Origin: Octopus sinensis
Taxonomy: Eukaryota
Assembly: GCF_006345805.1 (NCBI RefSeq)
Contig: NC_043002.1
Location: 92,442,001 to 92,506,000 of the forward strand
Reading direction: 5' to 3'
DNA length: 64,000 nt
Position 1 is the stretch's first letter; each line of letters begins with the position of its first letter. The notes under the pieces are model-generated. The model was not told the origin of the DNA, did no database searches, and saw only the letters and a program-made list of their open reading frames with translations. Below are positions 13,029 to 25,569 of the stretch, in pieces. The position numbers and the translations under genes are program-made.

Positions 13029-13242
13029 AAAACGATTTCTGTTCAATCTGCGTTCAGCTCCATTTCTTCAATTCACCAATAATGTTTTAATTTCAATTAT
13101 CCGCACCAACGCACGGTTGCAACGCCAGATGGTTGTACCTCCAACCGTGCTGTTTACTGCTGTGATTTTTGCTACTAGGTATCGGTTTAAACTTTTGATT
13201 AATCTACTACAGATATTCATCTTTCTATTTCACATATATATA

Positions 13243-13273
<31 letters not shown>

Positions 13274-13308
13274 ACGCACGCATCCATTTCTAAGTAAGAT
13301 TGTTCTTG

Positions 13309-13344
<36 letters not shown>

Positions 13345-13360
13345 TTGTGTGTGTGTGTAT

Positions 13361-13537
13361 AGGCGTAGGAGTGGCTGTGTGGTAAGAAGCTTGCTTACCA
13401 ACCACAAGCTTCCGGCTTCAGTCCCACTGCGTGGCACATTGGGCAAGTGTCTTCTACTATAGCCTCGGGCTGACCAAAGCCTTGCGAGTGGATTTGGTAG
13501 ACGGAAACTGAAAAAAGCCTGTCGTATATACGTATAC

Positions 13538-13611
<74 letters not shown>

Positions 13612-13836
13612 GTGTGTATGTGTATGTGTTTGTGTGTCTGTGTTTGTGCCCACAACATTGCTTGCTGGTGTGTTTACATCCCCGTCACTTAACGGTTCGG
13701 CAAAAGAAACCGACAGAATAAGTACTAGGCTTACAAAGAATAAGTCCTGGGTGTCGATTTGATCGACTAAAGGCGGTGCTCAAGCACGCCGCAGCCAAAT
13801 GCCTGAAGCAAGGTAAAAGAGTAAAAGAGCAAAGAG
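13361..13836 (+). mobile_element. SINE family A, full length, long internal (TG)n
   Basis: Head GGCGTAGGAGTGGCTGTGTGGTAAG to (AAAAGAGT)n tail. Confidence 0.88.
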
Positions 13837-14454
13837 TATACGTATATATATACATTAATATCAATCAGTGAGAATGAGTGCTCAACACTGCATTGGTGGA
13901 TAAATATTCTTTATTCGCAGGTTAGCAAGGTCACCAATTGTTTCATGCAAGTAGATATTTTACACACACACACTCAAACTGTTATTTCTATTTGTTAAAA
14001 GATCACGAAGATCTCTCACTACCTCTCATTACCTTTCAGTATACCTTCACTCACTCTATTTTGTTTTGTTCCTCCCTCCATCACTCTCTCCTTTCCTTCT
14101 TTTACTCTCTCTCTCTCTCTCTCTTTCTCTCTAACCTCTCCTCCCCTTCACTCTTCCCTCTCCTCTATTCCCATTGCAGATGCCAAATATAACAACTCAC
14201 TTTACACTCGTCCCCTCCCATTTCCATCTCTTTGTGTGTGTGTGTGTGTGTGTGTGTGTCTTTCTCCCTCTTTCTCTCTGAACTATCAACAAAATCTATA
14301 TGCCTCTCCCTTACACCCTCTCTTTATTTTCTTTATCTTTCACCGTATTGCCACTCACTCCCGTTGTCGGAGCATCTTTCTCTTTCTTTCTTTTTCCTTT
14401 CTTTCCTTCTACATTCTCTCTCTTTCTTGTACCCATTCTCTCTAAAAATGTATA

Positions 14455-14863
14455 ACAATGGGATTGCACCTAGAAAGATCCCCTCTGAGGCACAAGTCCG
14501 GGCAAGGTTTTTTATGGAAGACTAGCAGTCCCTGCAGCATACCAACCGGTAAAGAACCCCTCTGATCATGAATGACCATGGGATTGCACCAAGGAAGTTC
14601 CCTTCCAAGGCACAATTTTAGCATGGTTGTTCATGGAAAACCAGCAGTCCCTCCTGCATACCAACCTCCCCCTCTCCGCGCCACCGATGTTATCCAAGGG
14701 AAGGGCAAACGCTGATACAGCTTGGCACCAGTGACGTCGTGGACAGGAGCAACGTGAACTAAAGTGTCTTGCTGAAGAACGCAACACAGCCCGGTCCAGG
14801 AATCGAACTCACAACCTTATGATTGTGAGCCCGACGCTCTAACCACTGAGCCATGCGCCTTCA
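14455..14863 (-). mobile_element. tRNA-derived SINE family D with duplicated 3' block
   Basis: Minus-strand head GAAGGCGCATGGCTCAGTGGTTAGAGCGTCGGGCTC...GAGTTCGATTCC; homologous to 33345-33655 and 63121-63468. Confidence 0.8.
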
Positions 14864-14982
14864 TATAACACACTACAGAGATAGAAAGGAAAACCAACTC
14901 AGCCACAGCATCTCGCACACAACCACACAAACACAGAAGGAAATGCTTATTCACTTATTCCCTCTCCCCTCCTCTCCTCCTC

Positions 14983-15030
<48 letters not shown>

Positions 15031-15306
15031 CTCTGAAAAATACACACCAACTCACGTGTGTGTTTCCGAGAAAGCAAACACGTGAAAATATGAGTGAAAA
15101 GCACACTCAAATGAATTCTCGAGAACACACCCACGGGAGAACAAACACACACTCACGTGAGGAGGACACACAGGGACTCCTGATCACTAGGCGAAAGGAT
15201 CAAACGAATATACCGGAAAACCCACTCTTACAAGAGCTCACACTCTGACAATTTCTTCACACGTACACATTTACGCGAGTCCCACTCACGACAACACTCA
15301 ACTCAC

Positions 15307-15378
15307 TGTCACAAGAATAGTCACCCATATTCTGAGTCGAGGACAAATCGGTACTTAATGAAATACGTGTAGATTGTT
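15307..15378 (-). CDS. Candidate 72-nt symmetric (phase 1-1) exon of an unidentified host gene
   Basis: Minus strand: long pyrimidine tract ending ...TTTCTCCCCTCAG|, 72 nt, then |GTGAGT. Only one frame is open throughout: (E)QSTRISLSTDLSSTQNMGDYSCD. The sequence has no other copy that I can see in the window. No homolog recognised. Confidence 0.4.
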
Positions 15379-15861
15379 CTGAGGGGAGAAATACAATCAA
15401 AAAGTAAAAAGGAAGATAAAGATTATTGATATTACAGCGGTGGTGGTGGTCGTCGTGTGGTGGTGGTGGTGGTGGCGGTGGTGGTGGGGTGGTGGTGGTG
15501 GTGGCGGCGGTGGTGGTCATGATTATGAGAAGGAAGAAGAGGAGAAAGCCTTCATAAAACTTTGCATCACATGCTCATAAACCATAAATATACGACGATG
15601 ACGACGGTGAGGTTAAATTTGCAGAGATTTTAATACGAATTCCGTGATTTAATGTGAAAATTAATGATAGCTTAGTTCTTTCAACAAATGTTTGAGTGGT
15701 GTGTGTGTGCGTGTGTGTGTGTCTGTGTGTGTATACGCGCGCGCGCTTCTGTATACTCGACGACAATTCGATTATTCGATCTTGTGTACAGGTCAACCGT
15801 TGATCTTTCAAGGTGATAGAAATTAGAAATACATTTTATAATAGCCTTGCAATAGCCTTTC

Positions 15862-16301
15862 GGATCTTTTCAGTTTGAACGGCAGTTTTTAACATAATTT
15901 CCACGTAACTAAAAAATTTTAAACTTCGTATACTGGTAGAATGTCTTTATAAAACATTTTTTTCTCTTGGCTTTATTGAGAAAATTCTATAGTTTGTAAG
16001 ATATTGGTTGTTGTTTTTTCTTCAATTTCTGCAATTTCAACCAATCAGTGACGTCTATTGAGGTAAAAAAAAAAACATTCTGTGCCGTATGAATATGTCC
16101 CTCGTTTAAGAAACAGATTGGGTTTATTTACATTTGTGAAGAAAAAAAGGATACCCTTTCCCCCACCCCTAACCCTAACCTTAACTAACCCTAACCCTAA
16201 AACATATTGAAATGCAATAGATCGATACTAGGGTCATAATTATGGGTGACAATTTCATATGACACCGCTAGAAAAAACTGCCGTTCAAACCGAAAAGATC
16301 C
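15862..16301 (+). mobile_element. MITE copy 1 (Merlin-like non-autonomous DNA transposon)
   Basis: TIR GGATCTTTTC(A/G)GTTTGAACGGCAG / CTGCCGTTCAAACCGAAAAGATCC; exact 8-bp TSD AGCCTTTC (15854-15861, 16302-16309); internal CCCTAA repeats. Confidence 0.9.
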
Positions 16302-16597
16302 AGCCTTTCTAATATAGACACAAAGCCTGAAACTATGGGAGAAGAAGTAGTCTATTACCTCGACTCCCAGTGCTTCCACTGCTACTTTTTCATTGATCCA
16401 CGAAAGAATAAAAGACAAACCCGACGTCAGAGGAATTACGACTCAGAACGTAAAGCGGGAATATAAGGCAAATAATAACGCACTACGTTTCATATGGCTA
16501 TGAGCAGGTCTACAGCGATAAAGAACATCCCTCCCCCCCCCCCTACTGCAATCACAACTTCATCTTCTCAACTTCCACAACTACAACGTATTTTCCT

Positions 16598-16984
16598 TAC
16601 TCTTTTACTCTTTTACTTGTTTCAGTCATTTGACTGCGGCCATGCTGGAGCACCGCCTTTTAGTCGAGCAAATCGACCCCCCCAGGACTTATTCTTTTTG
16701 TAAGCCCAGTACTTATTCTATCGGTCTTTTTTTGCCGAACCGCTAAGTAACGGGGACGTAAGCACACCAGCATCGGTTGTCAAGCAATGCTAGGGGGACA
16801 AACACAAACACACAAACACATACACACACACACACACACACACACTATATATATATATATATATAATATATAATGTGATAAATAAAAATATATGCATACA
16901 TACAAACATATATGTACGTACCTACATCTACATGTATATATACATGCATATATAAATAATTATACGTGAGTACAGGACACCACA

Positions 16985-17040
<56 letters not shown>

Positions 17041-17197
17041 GACAGGCTTCTTTCAGTTTCCGTTTACCAAATCCACTCACAAGGCATTGGTCGGCCCGGG
17101 GCTATAGCAGACGACACTTGCCCAAGATGCCACGCAGTGGGACTGAACCCGGAACCATGTGGTTGGTTAGCAAGCTACTTACCACACAGCCACTCCT
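16598..17197 (-). mobile_element. SINE family A with expanded internal microsatellite
   Basis: Family A 3' half at 16598-16810 and 5' half at 17040-17197, separated by a TA/CA tract. Confidence 0.85.
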
Positions 17198-17534
17198 ATA
17201 CATATTTTCATGCATGTATCTATGACATTTACGTTTGCATGTATATACAAAACTGTTATACGCGATACTATGCGACTGTGTATAAGGCTGTGAGCTGGCA
17301 GAATCGTTAGCACGTCGAGCAAAATGCTTAGCGGCATTTCGTCCCTCCTTACGTTCTGAGTTCAAATTCGATTTTGCCTCTCCTCCCTTTCGACGTTGAG
17401 CACTGGGATCGATGTAATCGGTTATCCCCCTCTCCCAAAATTTCAGGCCTTGTGCTTATAGTGGAAAGGATTATTATGTGACTGTGTATATATATCTATG
17501 ATCATTGTATTTTTATATATGTAAGTATACATAA

Positions 17535-17693
17535 CAGTGGCTCCCAACAATGGTTCCCAGTCCTTTCATTTAAAAGAGGTTTCCCACAGATCCCTTTTAA
17601 AATGCTTATCCTTATGTGTGTGTGATATATATATATATATATAATATATATAATTTTAAATTTAGTTCACGGACCCCAGACTGGGAACCGCTG
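17535..17693. mobile_element. Possible small hAT-type MITE
   Basis: Imperfect TIRs CAGTGGCTCCCA / TGGGAACCGCTG; no clean 8-bp TSD. Confidence 0.4.
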
Positions 17694-17862
17694 GCCTATA
17701 ACATATACAACTTTTTTCTGTACCTAGCTATATAGATTATATATATATATATATATATATAGAGAGGAGAGAGAGAGAGAGAGAGAGATAAAATATATGT
17801 ATGTATATATATATATAATATATGTATATGTATGATATATATATATATATATATATATGAGG

Positions 17863-18340
17863 ATAATTAAGACAAGGTAGAAAATGCTAATATAATTTTA
17901 TCCTGAAATACATTTTGTAACGGTTAATACCGGTTTCAGTCTTTTCGACTTTCTCAACAAAGAGTAGAACAAAGGTGATTATTTATTAAAAAGAAAAACA
18001 ATGAAATTGAAGAAAAAAAATTAAATTAAATGTTTTGTAAATATTTCTAGTGTCTTCAAATAACTGGGACATTTTCCTTTTTCCTGTCTATCTCTTTTCC
18101 ACAGTTAGGTCTTCCGCATTTTTTTACTGTTTGTTTCGACGTTGTTGACGAGTGTACATGGGCTTGTGTCAGAATACTTTTCATTGACTTGGGTTGTCTT
18201 TTGCTCTTTATGACGGTGTGCGTTTGGAGGGTTTGATTCATTCTAAGGTCGCTTTTTAGTAAAGGAATGTTCTGAGGATGGTGACGAAAGCCTCATTGTT
18301 TAGGGAGTTCTGTGGGGACATGTATGATAAGAAAAGAACA
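17863..18340 (-). mobile_element. Penelope-like element remnant (RT-to-endonuclease linker plus terminal repeat with degenerate HHR)
   Basis: Minus-strand peptide TVIKSKRQPKSMKSILTQAH...VKKCGRPNCG resembles the PLE linker (SKRQP.NLK.LL...KC...RC). Degenerate HHR UUGAGAA-AGUC-GAAAA-GACU-GAAA-CCGG-UA at 17928-17957. Confidence 0.65.
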
Positions 18341-18742
18341 AAAAATACAATGTGGTTGTCAGTCATAACACCCGGGCAACACCAGGATGCATTGCTAGCG
18401 TGTGTGTATGTGCGTGTATAAAGAACAATGAATGTTATTTAACATTATATATTGGTTTCATTAGCACAAGGCCAGCAATTTGTGTGAGTGAAATCGATTA
18501 TATCAACTCCAGTACTCAACTGGAACTTATTTTATTGACCACAAAAGGATGAAAGGCAAAGTCAACGTTAGCGAAATTTGAACTCAGAATGTAAAGTCGG
18601 ACGAAATGCCACAAAGCATTTTGCCCGTCGTGCTAGCGATTCTGCCAGTTTACCCCCTTAATTATTTAACATTGTATATGGGTAAATTATTATGATTATC
18701 CGATACGTACTAGAACACGGTATACCATTTAATTTGTGTAAG

Positions 18743-18826
<84 letters not shown>

Positions 18827-18835
18827 TTACCTATG

Positions 18836-19227
18836 ATACTCTTTTTACTCTTTTACTTGTTTCAGTCATTTGACTGTGGCCATGCTGGAGCACCGCCTTT
18901 AGTCGAGCAAATCGACCCCCTGGACTTATTCTTTGTAAGCCTAGTACTTATTCTATCGGTCTCTTTTGCCGAACCGCTAAGTTACACACCAGCATCGGTT
19001 GTCAAGCGATGTTTGGGGGACAAACACAGACACACAAACAAACATATACATATATATATATATACGACGGGATTCTTTCAGTTTCCGTCTACCAAATCCA
19101 CTCACAAAGCTTTGGTCGGCCCGAGGCTATAGTAGAAGACACTTGCCCAAGGTGCCACGCAGTGGGACTGAACCCGGAACCATGTGGCTGGTAAGCAAGC
19201 TTCTTACCACACAGCCACTCCTGCGCC
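18836..19227 (-). mobile_element. SINE family A, full length
   Basis: Reverse complement of the family A consensus seen elsewhere in the window. Confidence 0.88.
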
Positions 19228-20124
19228 TTGTACATTTTTATATACATAACCATTTTTATATACATAACTATTTTTATATACATAACTATATGTGTATTTT
19301 ATATATCTACCAGTACTATACTCTTCGTCAAAAGAACAATGAGCGTTATTATTTACTGTAATGCATTGGTAAGCTGTCATGATTAGTCAGTACATACGAG
19401 AACACCGCATGACATTTCCAAAGTGCTGATACATTGACAGCAAACAATTGCCGCTAACGCCACCAGTAAATTCTGAACAATTGAAGGATATGATAGGTAG
19501 ATGCGCATATTAACAATATGTACATATACGATTCAGTTGATGTAACATTAATCAGTTTTGTAATAAATTATAAGCGTGCATTAATGTCGCCAGCGCCACC
19601 TATAAGTTCTGAATAGTTTAGGACCGAACAAATGATAACTGCACAGTACGCATACAAGACAATAAGTGATTTATACGCCATGTAAAGTTACATTATATTT
19701 ATAATAGGTATTATTTGTCAATTTGGTAATAAGCAGTAAATAGAGTAATGTATACGAAACATTTATGAAAGATTTTAGTGATTCGTTGAAACTGCCTGCA
19801 GCTAATTAAACCAACGACTGTTCAAGCCAGAAAGCAATTTCTAAAAGTACTCGTGTCTCTGTTTCTTTGTTTGTTTCTTTTCCTGTGGAATTCACACAAT
19901 ATTTCCTGCCTTAGTAAACTTTTACCTTCAGTGTAGTAAAACTATCCGAAGAAAGAAATACAACTCGACATTTTTAAACGGAAAAATTATAAACTGGCAA
20001 TGCGTGCGTGTGTGACGTGACTAGAGCTACCATTACTATATATTGCGTCTCGTTACAGGACAGACGTTCCACGCCTGTTTTCTTTTTCTTTTTCTTTTTT
20101 GTACAGCAAAACCCATTAATAACC

Positions 20125-20347
20125 TATTTCTTTACTACCCACAAGGGGCTAAACACAGAGGAGACAAACAAGGACAGACAAACAGATTAAGTCGATTAAG
20201 TGCGTAACTGGTACTTAATTTATCGACCCCGAAAGGATGAAAGGCCAAGTCGACCTTGGCGGAATTTGAACTCAGAACATAACGGCAGACGAAATACGGC
20301 TACGCATTTCGCCCGGCGTGCTAACGTTTCTGCCAGCTCGCCGCCTT
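20125..20347 (-). mobile_element. SINE family B, full length
   Basis: Head AAGGCGGCGAGCTGGCAGAAACGTTAGCACGCCGGGCG on the minus strand. Confidence 0.88.
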
Positions 20348-20399
20348 AAAACCCATTAATAACCGTGTATCAGTGAAGCGATCTAGAGAGTCAGCAAGG

Positions 20400-20910
20400 G
20401 AATTTTAGAGATTAGAAAACGCCATCTGAAAAACGTAGGCAGATGCTGAAAAACAAATGTGGTGCTAACGGAGGAAAGATCAATCAGACGTTTTGCCTGA
20501 AAACTAGCAAAAGAAGTAAGAACTTCACATTGTAAAATACACAAGAGGAGATGCTCAGGATTTATGAATAGAAATAATTTGGTGGTGAGACAAAAGGCTA
20601 ACAGAACACAGCATCTTCTACAAGAACTAGACAAAAAGTTATTGGTATTTCATAAGTCTATAATCCAATACCGGAAGAAGAATGCATACAAACTCTCATG
20701 CATTGCAAACATGGAGAGAAACATGGAGGAATGTTTGGATGATGGAAGAGAGTAAGACATACAAATAGAGGCTCCAACACTGACAACATAGTGTGAATGA
20801 ATTAAAGAAATCTGAAATGAAATCAAACCAGGAAATGTGATGAAAGCTTTCAAGAAATGTGGGATTTTGAATGTTATCCGTGGAACCGAATTATTCTGGA
20901 ATAACGAAGC
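20400..20910 (+). pseudogene. pogo-family transposase remnant, internally deleted
   Basis: RRCSGFMNRNNLVVRQK...IIQYRKKNAYKLSCIANM (CENP-B-like HTH leading into the NMDET region), then a C-terminal EIKPGNVMKAFKKCGI motif; stops and frameshifts. Confidence 0.65.
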
Positions 20911-21145
20911 TACTGACTACGATTCAGGGAAGAGAAAATAATGAACTTATGGCTGATACTTAACATCGATATGAGAATATTGTCCAAATACGACATATGT
21001 GGAGCTCTTTTGGTTCTGATCGCAATAAAAATATTCAGGAATAGTGTCTATATATTTTTTGTTTCAAAATTTGCCGTCTTTATATACACGTATATAACTA
21101 TACGATGACATAATACATACATACATACATACATACATACATACA

Positions 21146-21179
<34 letters not shown>

Positions 21180-21192
21180 CATACATACATAC

Positions 21193-21740
21193 ATGCAATG
21201 ATTATGGATAAAGAGAAACTGTATAGAGTTGTGGAAATCAGCTGCCCAGTGGATGTTAACGAAAAGCTAAAGATCAACGAAATAGAGAATACCTACGCTG
21301 AAATATTGAGAAATCTGCAGTTACTCCATCAAGGTTACAAGTTCGGGTTTATACCTGTAATTATTGGGGCACTGGGGTATGTAACACACTGCCTAAATAG
21401 CAATCTTGAGAAATTAGGCTTCTCAAAGCCAGAAAGGAGAAAGCTGATTTGAAAACTACAGATTCAAGCCATCACTGGAACTGTAAAAATTTGTAAAACT
21501 TTGCATAAGTTTATCATTTAATTGATACGAGCTTGTCTAGATATATAACTGTATATATGAAAATACATACATAAAAAAACATACAAATTTTCACGTATAC
21601 ATACATACGTACGTACATACATACATACAAAACTACCCTGTTATTGATGTTGAAATTCCAATAAAGGAGCCTTGGATCTAAGTTACAAACCGGCTCTTTC
21701 TCTATTGGCAAGAAATCTTGAAATAAAACTGAATAATGAT
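21193..21740 (+). mobile_element. 5'-truncated R4/Dong-clade LINE (restriction-like endonuclease end plus 3' UTR) inside (TACA)n
   Basis: IMDKEKLYRVVEISCPVDVNEKLKINEIENTYAEI...IPVIIGALG matches the RLE C-terminus pattern (DK..IIDV..P.D.N...KE.EK..KY...IPVIIGALG). Pure TACA arrays abut both ends (21115-21192 and 21741 onward). Confidence 0.85.
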
Positions 21741-22088
21741 ATACATACATACATACATACATACATACATACATACATACATACATACATACATACATAC
21801 ATGCATACATACATATATACATACATACATGCATACATACATACATACATACATGCATACATACATACATACATGCATGCATACATACATACATACATAC
21901 ATACATGCATACATACATGCATGCATACATACATACATACGTACATACATACATACATGCATGCATGCATGCATACATACATACATACATACATGCATGC
22001 ATGCATGCATACATACATACATACATACATGCATGCATGCATGCATACATACATACATACATACATACATGCATGCATGCATGCATAC

Positions 22089-22127
<39 letters not shown>

Positions 22128-22255
22128 CTTACATACATGCATACATACATACATACATACATACATACATACATACATACATACTACATACATACATACA
22201 TACATACATACATACATACATACATACATGCATACATACATACGTACGTACGTAC
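21741..22255. repeat. (TACA)n/(TGCA)n compound microsatellite
   Basis: Direct reading. Confidence 0.95.
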
Positions 22256-22434
22256 AAAAATACTCTGATGATGATGTTGAAGTTCTAATGAAGGAGTCTT
22301 GAATCTAGATTAGATATCGACTCTTTCTCTATTGGCAAGAGTGTGTATGAACCAAAACCCTCACCTGAAGGCAGGCGCAGTGGAATCACGTCAGCGACCA
22401 AGTCGCAGCTGGAGCACTGGAAATTTTGACATGA

Positions 22435-22593
<159 letters not shown>

Positions 22594-24276
22594 TAATAAT
22601 AATAACAATAATAATAATAATAATTATAATTATAATGCTTTCAAATTTTGCCACAAGGGCATCAGTTTTTGGAGAGAGGGAATGAGTCGATTATATCAAC
22701 TGGTACTTATTTTATCGACCCTGAAAGGATGAACGGTAATAATAATGGTAATAGATGTGTTCAGTGAAGTGAACAGACCTAGTGTGCTTTTGAAGGGATG
22801 GCTAAAAATGTATCTTCCTCACGCTGCAATGGTTTTACGTTTTTCACCACACCTGCCTTGGAAGTGTATCTCTGAAATCTCCTTTTTTGAATTTCACTTT
22901 CTACCACGGAAAGTAATTTACTGTTGAATGATGGCCGTCATCGAGACGGAGGGAGGGTAACAGGTGTGATTGGAGATGGAGTGTTTAGTTACCACAATGG
23001 CGATCGTCTCGGCTGCGGCACACCATTTTGCTTGAAACATCAGCTGCTGATGAACAACCTTTAGCACACACCTGCTTGGTTGGAGCAGGTCAACCCTTTA
23101 TTTTCTATGTAAAGTTAAAAATTTCATGTGTTCTTCTTGTTGCTGTTGCTCTTGTTATTGTTCCTGTTGATGTCGTTCCTTTTGTTGTTATTGCTGTCGC
23201 TATGGTCGTTGCTATGGTCGTTTTCACGCAGACATACACAGACACAAGATCACAGAGAGTCGTTAAACAATTATTTTTCCGGGCTTTCTAATTTCTTTCA
23301 AAGTAAGCTTTCATAAGAATTTTAAAACATTAAAAAAAACAAATAACCTGTGACGGGTGTTGCCGTGCTTCTTAAGTCTCACCTGGACAACATAGTTTAG
23401 TAGTAGTAGTAGTAGTAGTAGTAGGTGGTGGTGGTGGTGGTGGTGGTGGTGGTGGTGGTGGTGGTGGTGGCGGCGGCGGAAGTGGTCGTGATGGCGGCGG
23501 CGGCGGCGGTGGTGGTGGTGGTGGTAGTGGTGGTGGTGGTGGTGGTGGTGGTGGTGGTGGTGGTGGTAGTGGTGGTATTTAACTTTGAATTCACTTTGAT
23601 CAAGACCCTACGGTCATAAATATCCTGTTTTTTATGTTTGTTCGTTTTGGGTTGTTTTTTTTTTAAACTGTGCCCTTTCTATTTTAAAGGGGTTGAGTAG
23701 AAAAACAAACCTTAAACGAGGATTCAATCCAATAACAATAATAAATTAACTAAAAGAGTAATGTGCCGAACTAAATACAACTTTCGTTGAGGAAAACTGT
23801 TTCATTTGACTGGAGCGTTTTATTGGCGGGAGAAGTTTGTATAGATTTTTGTGAAGGAGGTGAGTGTTGCCACTGACCACAGTTTTCCAACAAGTCACTC
23901 ACTGGCTCACTGTAATTATTATGATGAACCAGCGATTGATGGTGAGTATAACAAAGGCTTCCTTCTCGTAACTGGTGCGACGGGAGAAAGAAATATCACA
24001 AGGGTATATGTTTAAAGCACTTGTTCTTTAGTTTTCTCGTAAATGTTTACGCATTTTGGTAATATACTTCGATGAATATATTATGTATACACATGTATCA
24101 AATACATACATTACATACATTACACATATATAAGTTACATAATACTTATATGCATACATATTCAGACATGCATACATACATACAAAAATACATACACACA
24201 TACATTCATATGTACATAACATACATGTACAGTACAAAGTAAACTACATACATACGTAGATTACATATATACAAAC

Positions 24277-24307
<31 letters not shown>

Positions 24308-24719
24308 GACTTTCTAACGTTCAATTTGTTACGCTTATCGGGGCTACTATCTAAACACTGATGGAGCTTAGATTCTTTGTTAGAAACCAGTTCGTTCTTT
24401 ATAAGAAAAATTAATGAGCATTGAGAACCGTATCGCATCATTTAGGCAACGTACACAACATTACACGGGGAATTAAATATGCTGTACATTTACTCAACAA
24501 TGGAAATAATGACGCCTTCACTGTAGGTGAAGAACACCTAAATAGTTATTCTTCAAGCGCAGCTGTTCTGTGCTAAAACTGATCTACAATACTTACCAGA
24601 AACTCGGAGATGAAAGATTCATCATATTGGAACAAAGTTGTGCGTAGGTACATACCTCGTGAGCTACTAGGTGCCAACAACATTGGCAGAAAAACTAACT
24701 CTCTCTCCTAGAACTCTGA

Positions 24720-24941
24720 CAGATGCTTCCTATCTCATGTAGAAGGATGTGCTTTCGCTATGAACGAACAAGACATAGCTACTGAAACTTTGTTTAAGAG
24801 AGGTGCTATCGAATTACCATTTTGAAATAATAAAAAAAATGTTGATTGTGCCATACCAACGCAGAAGATATCGCCCACATCATCAACAACTGCCCCAAAA
24901 TGTCAGCATTGTCTTCTCTTGAGATTGATATGCTTGTTAAA
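24720..24941 (+). pseudogene. R4/Dong-clade LINE fragment containing the CCHC zinc knuckle
   Basis: SHVEGCAFAMNEQDIAT... then KC*LCHTNAEDIAHIINNCPKMS (CRLC....E...HI...CP). Confidence 0.75.
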
Positions 24942-25266
24942 CTGATCAAATTCATCCTATGGTTGCGGAACTGTTTTCGGGGGGAAACGCAATGTTTCAG
25001 GATGATAATGCACCAATTCACACAGCTAAAGTTGTTACTGAGTGGCACGAGGAACATTCTAGTGCCGTTGAACATCTTATCTGGCCACCACAGTCCCCAC
25101 ATCTCAATATTATTGAACATTTATGGTGCATTATAGAAATACAAGTAAGGAGTCGATATCCTCCACCATCCTCACTACAAGAACTGGAGACTGTTTTAGC
25201 TAAAGAATGGAGAAAAATTCCTTTGGAAATAATTCAAACTTTGTACGAGTCCACACCTCGTAGAAT
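24942..25266 (+). pseudogene. Duplicated C-terminal fragment of the adjacent Tc1 transposase
   Basis: Collinear 325-bp copy of 26229-26553 (FQDDNAPIH...WPPQSPHLNIIEHLW). Confidence 0.9.
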
Positions 25267-25569
25267 ACTATCTGCAGAAAAATTTGCCTCTTACCGTCAC
25301 GCAGAACACCGATATGTAAGAATGTGACTGAATCCGGGTCAACTTGATTACGAAAGGAATTTATTAACTACACACTTGTTCTATATTTATTTATTGTTTA
25401 CTTATTATGAAGTTCTTAAAATTTCTAGTCAGTGGTAATCACGTATGGTACTATTTCATTCCTTTTAGAAATCATCTGCATGTATTGTGTTCTTCTGTTA
25501 TCTAATGTATCCTCTCCTCCCCATCTATTACTTATTTGTATCCTTCCGTTTTTCGGAAAGCAGGAGTGT

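Larger units (their letters stand above)
12622..13091. repeat. 470-bp near-perfect palindrome (arms 12622-12852 and 12860-13091, 7-nt loop CGAAACT); probable inverted Penelope-like terminal repeat
   Basis: The arms are reverse complements with roughly ten substitutions/indels by eye. Each arm contains a hammerhead motif. Confidence 0.92.

Noticed and set aside
16167-16200. Telomere or chromosome-fusion relic
   Set aside because: The CCCTAA units are an internal part of a MITE present three times.
18272-18295. CTGAGGA...GAAA hammerhead-like motif on the plus strand
   Set aside because: Stem II cannot pair; the sequence is explained as PLE coding remnant on the minus strand.
23850-23950. Two plus-strand GTGAGT donors suggesting an exon
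   Set aside because: No convincing acceptor or recognisable peptide.
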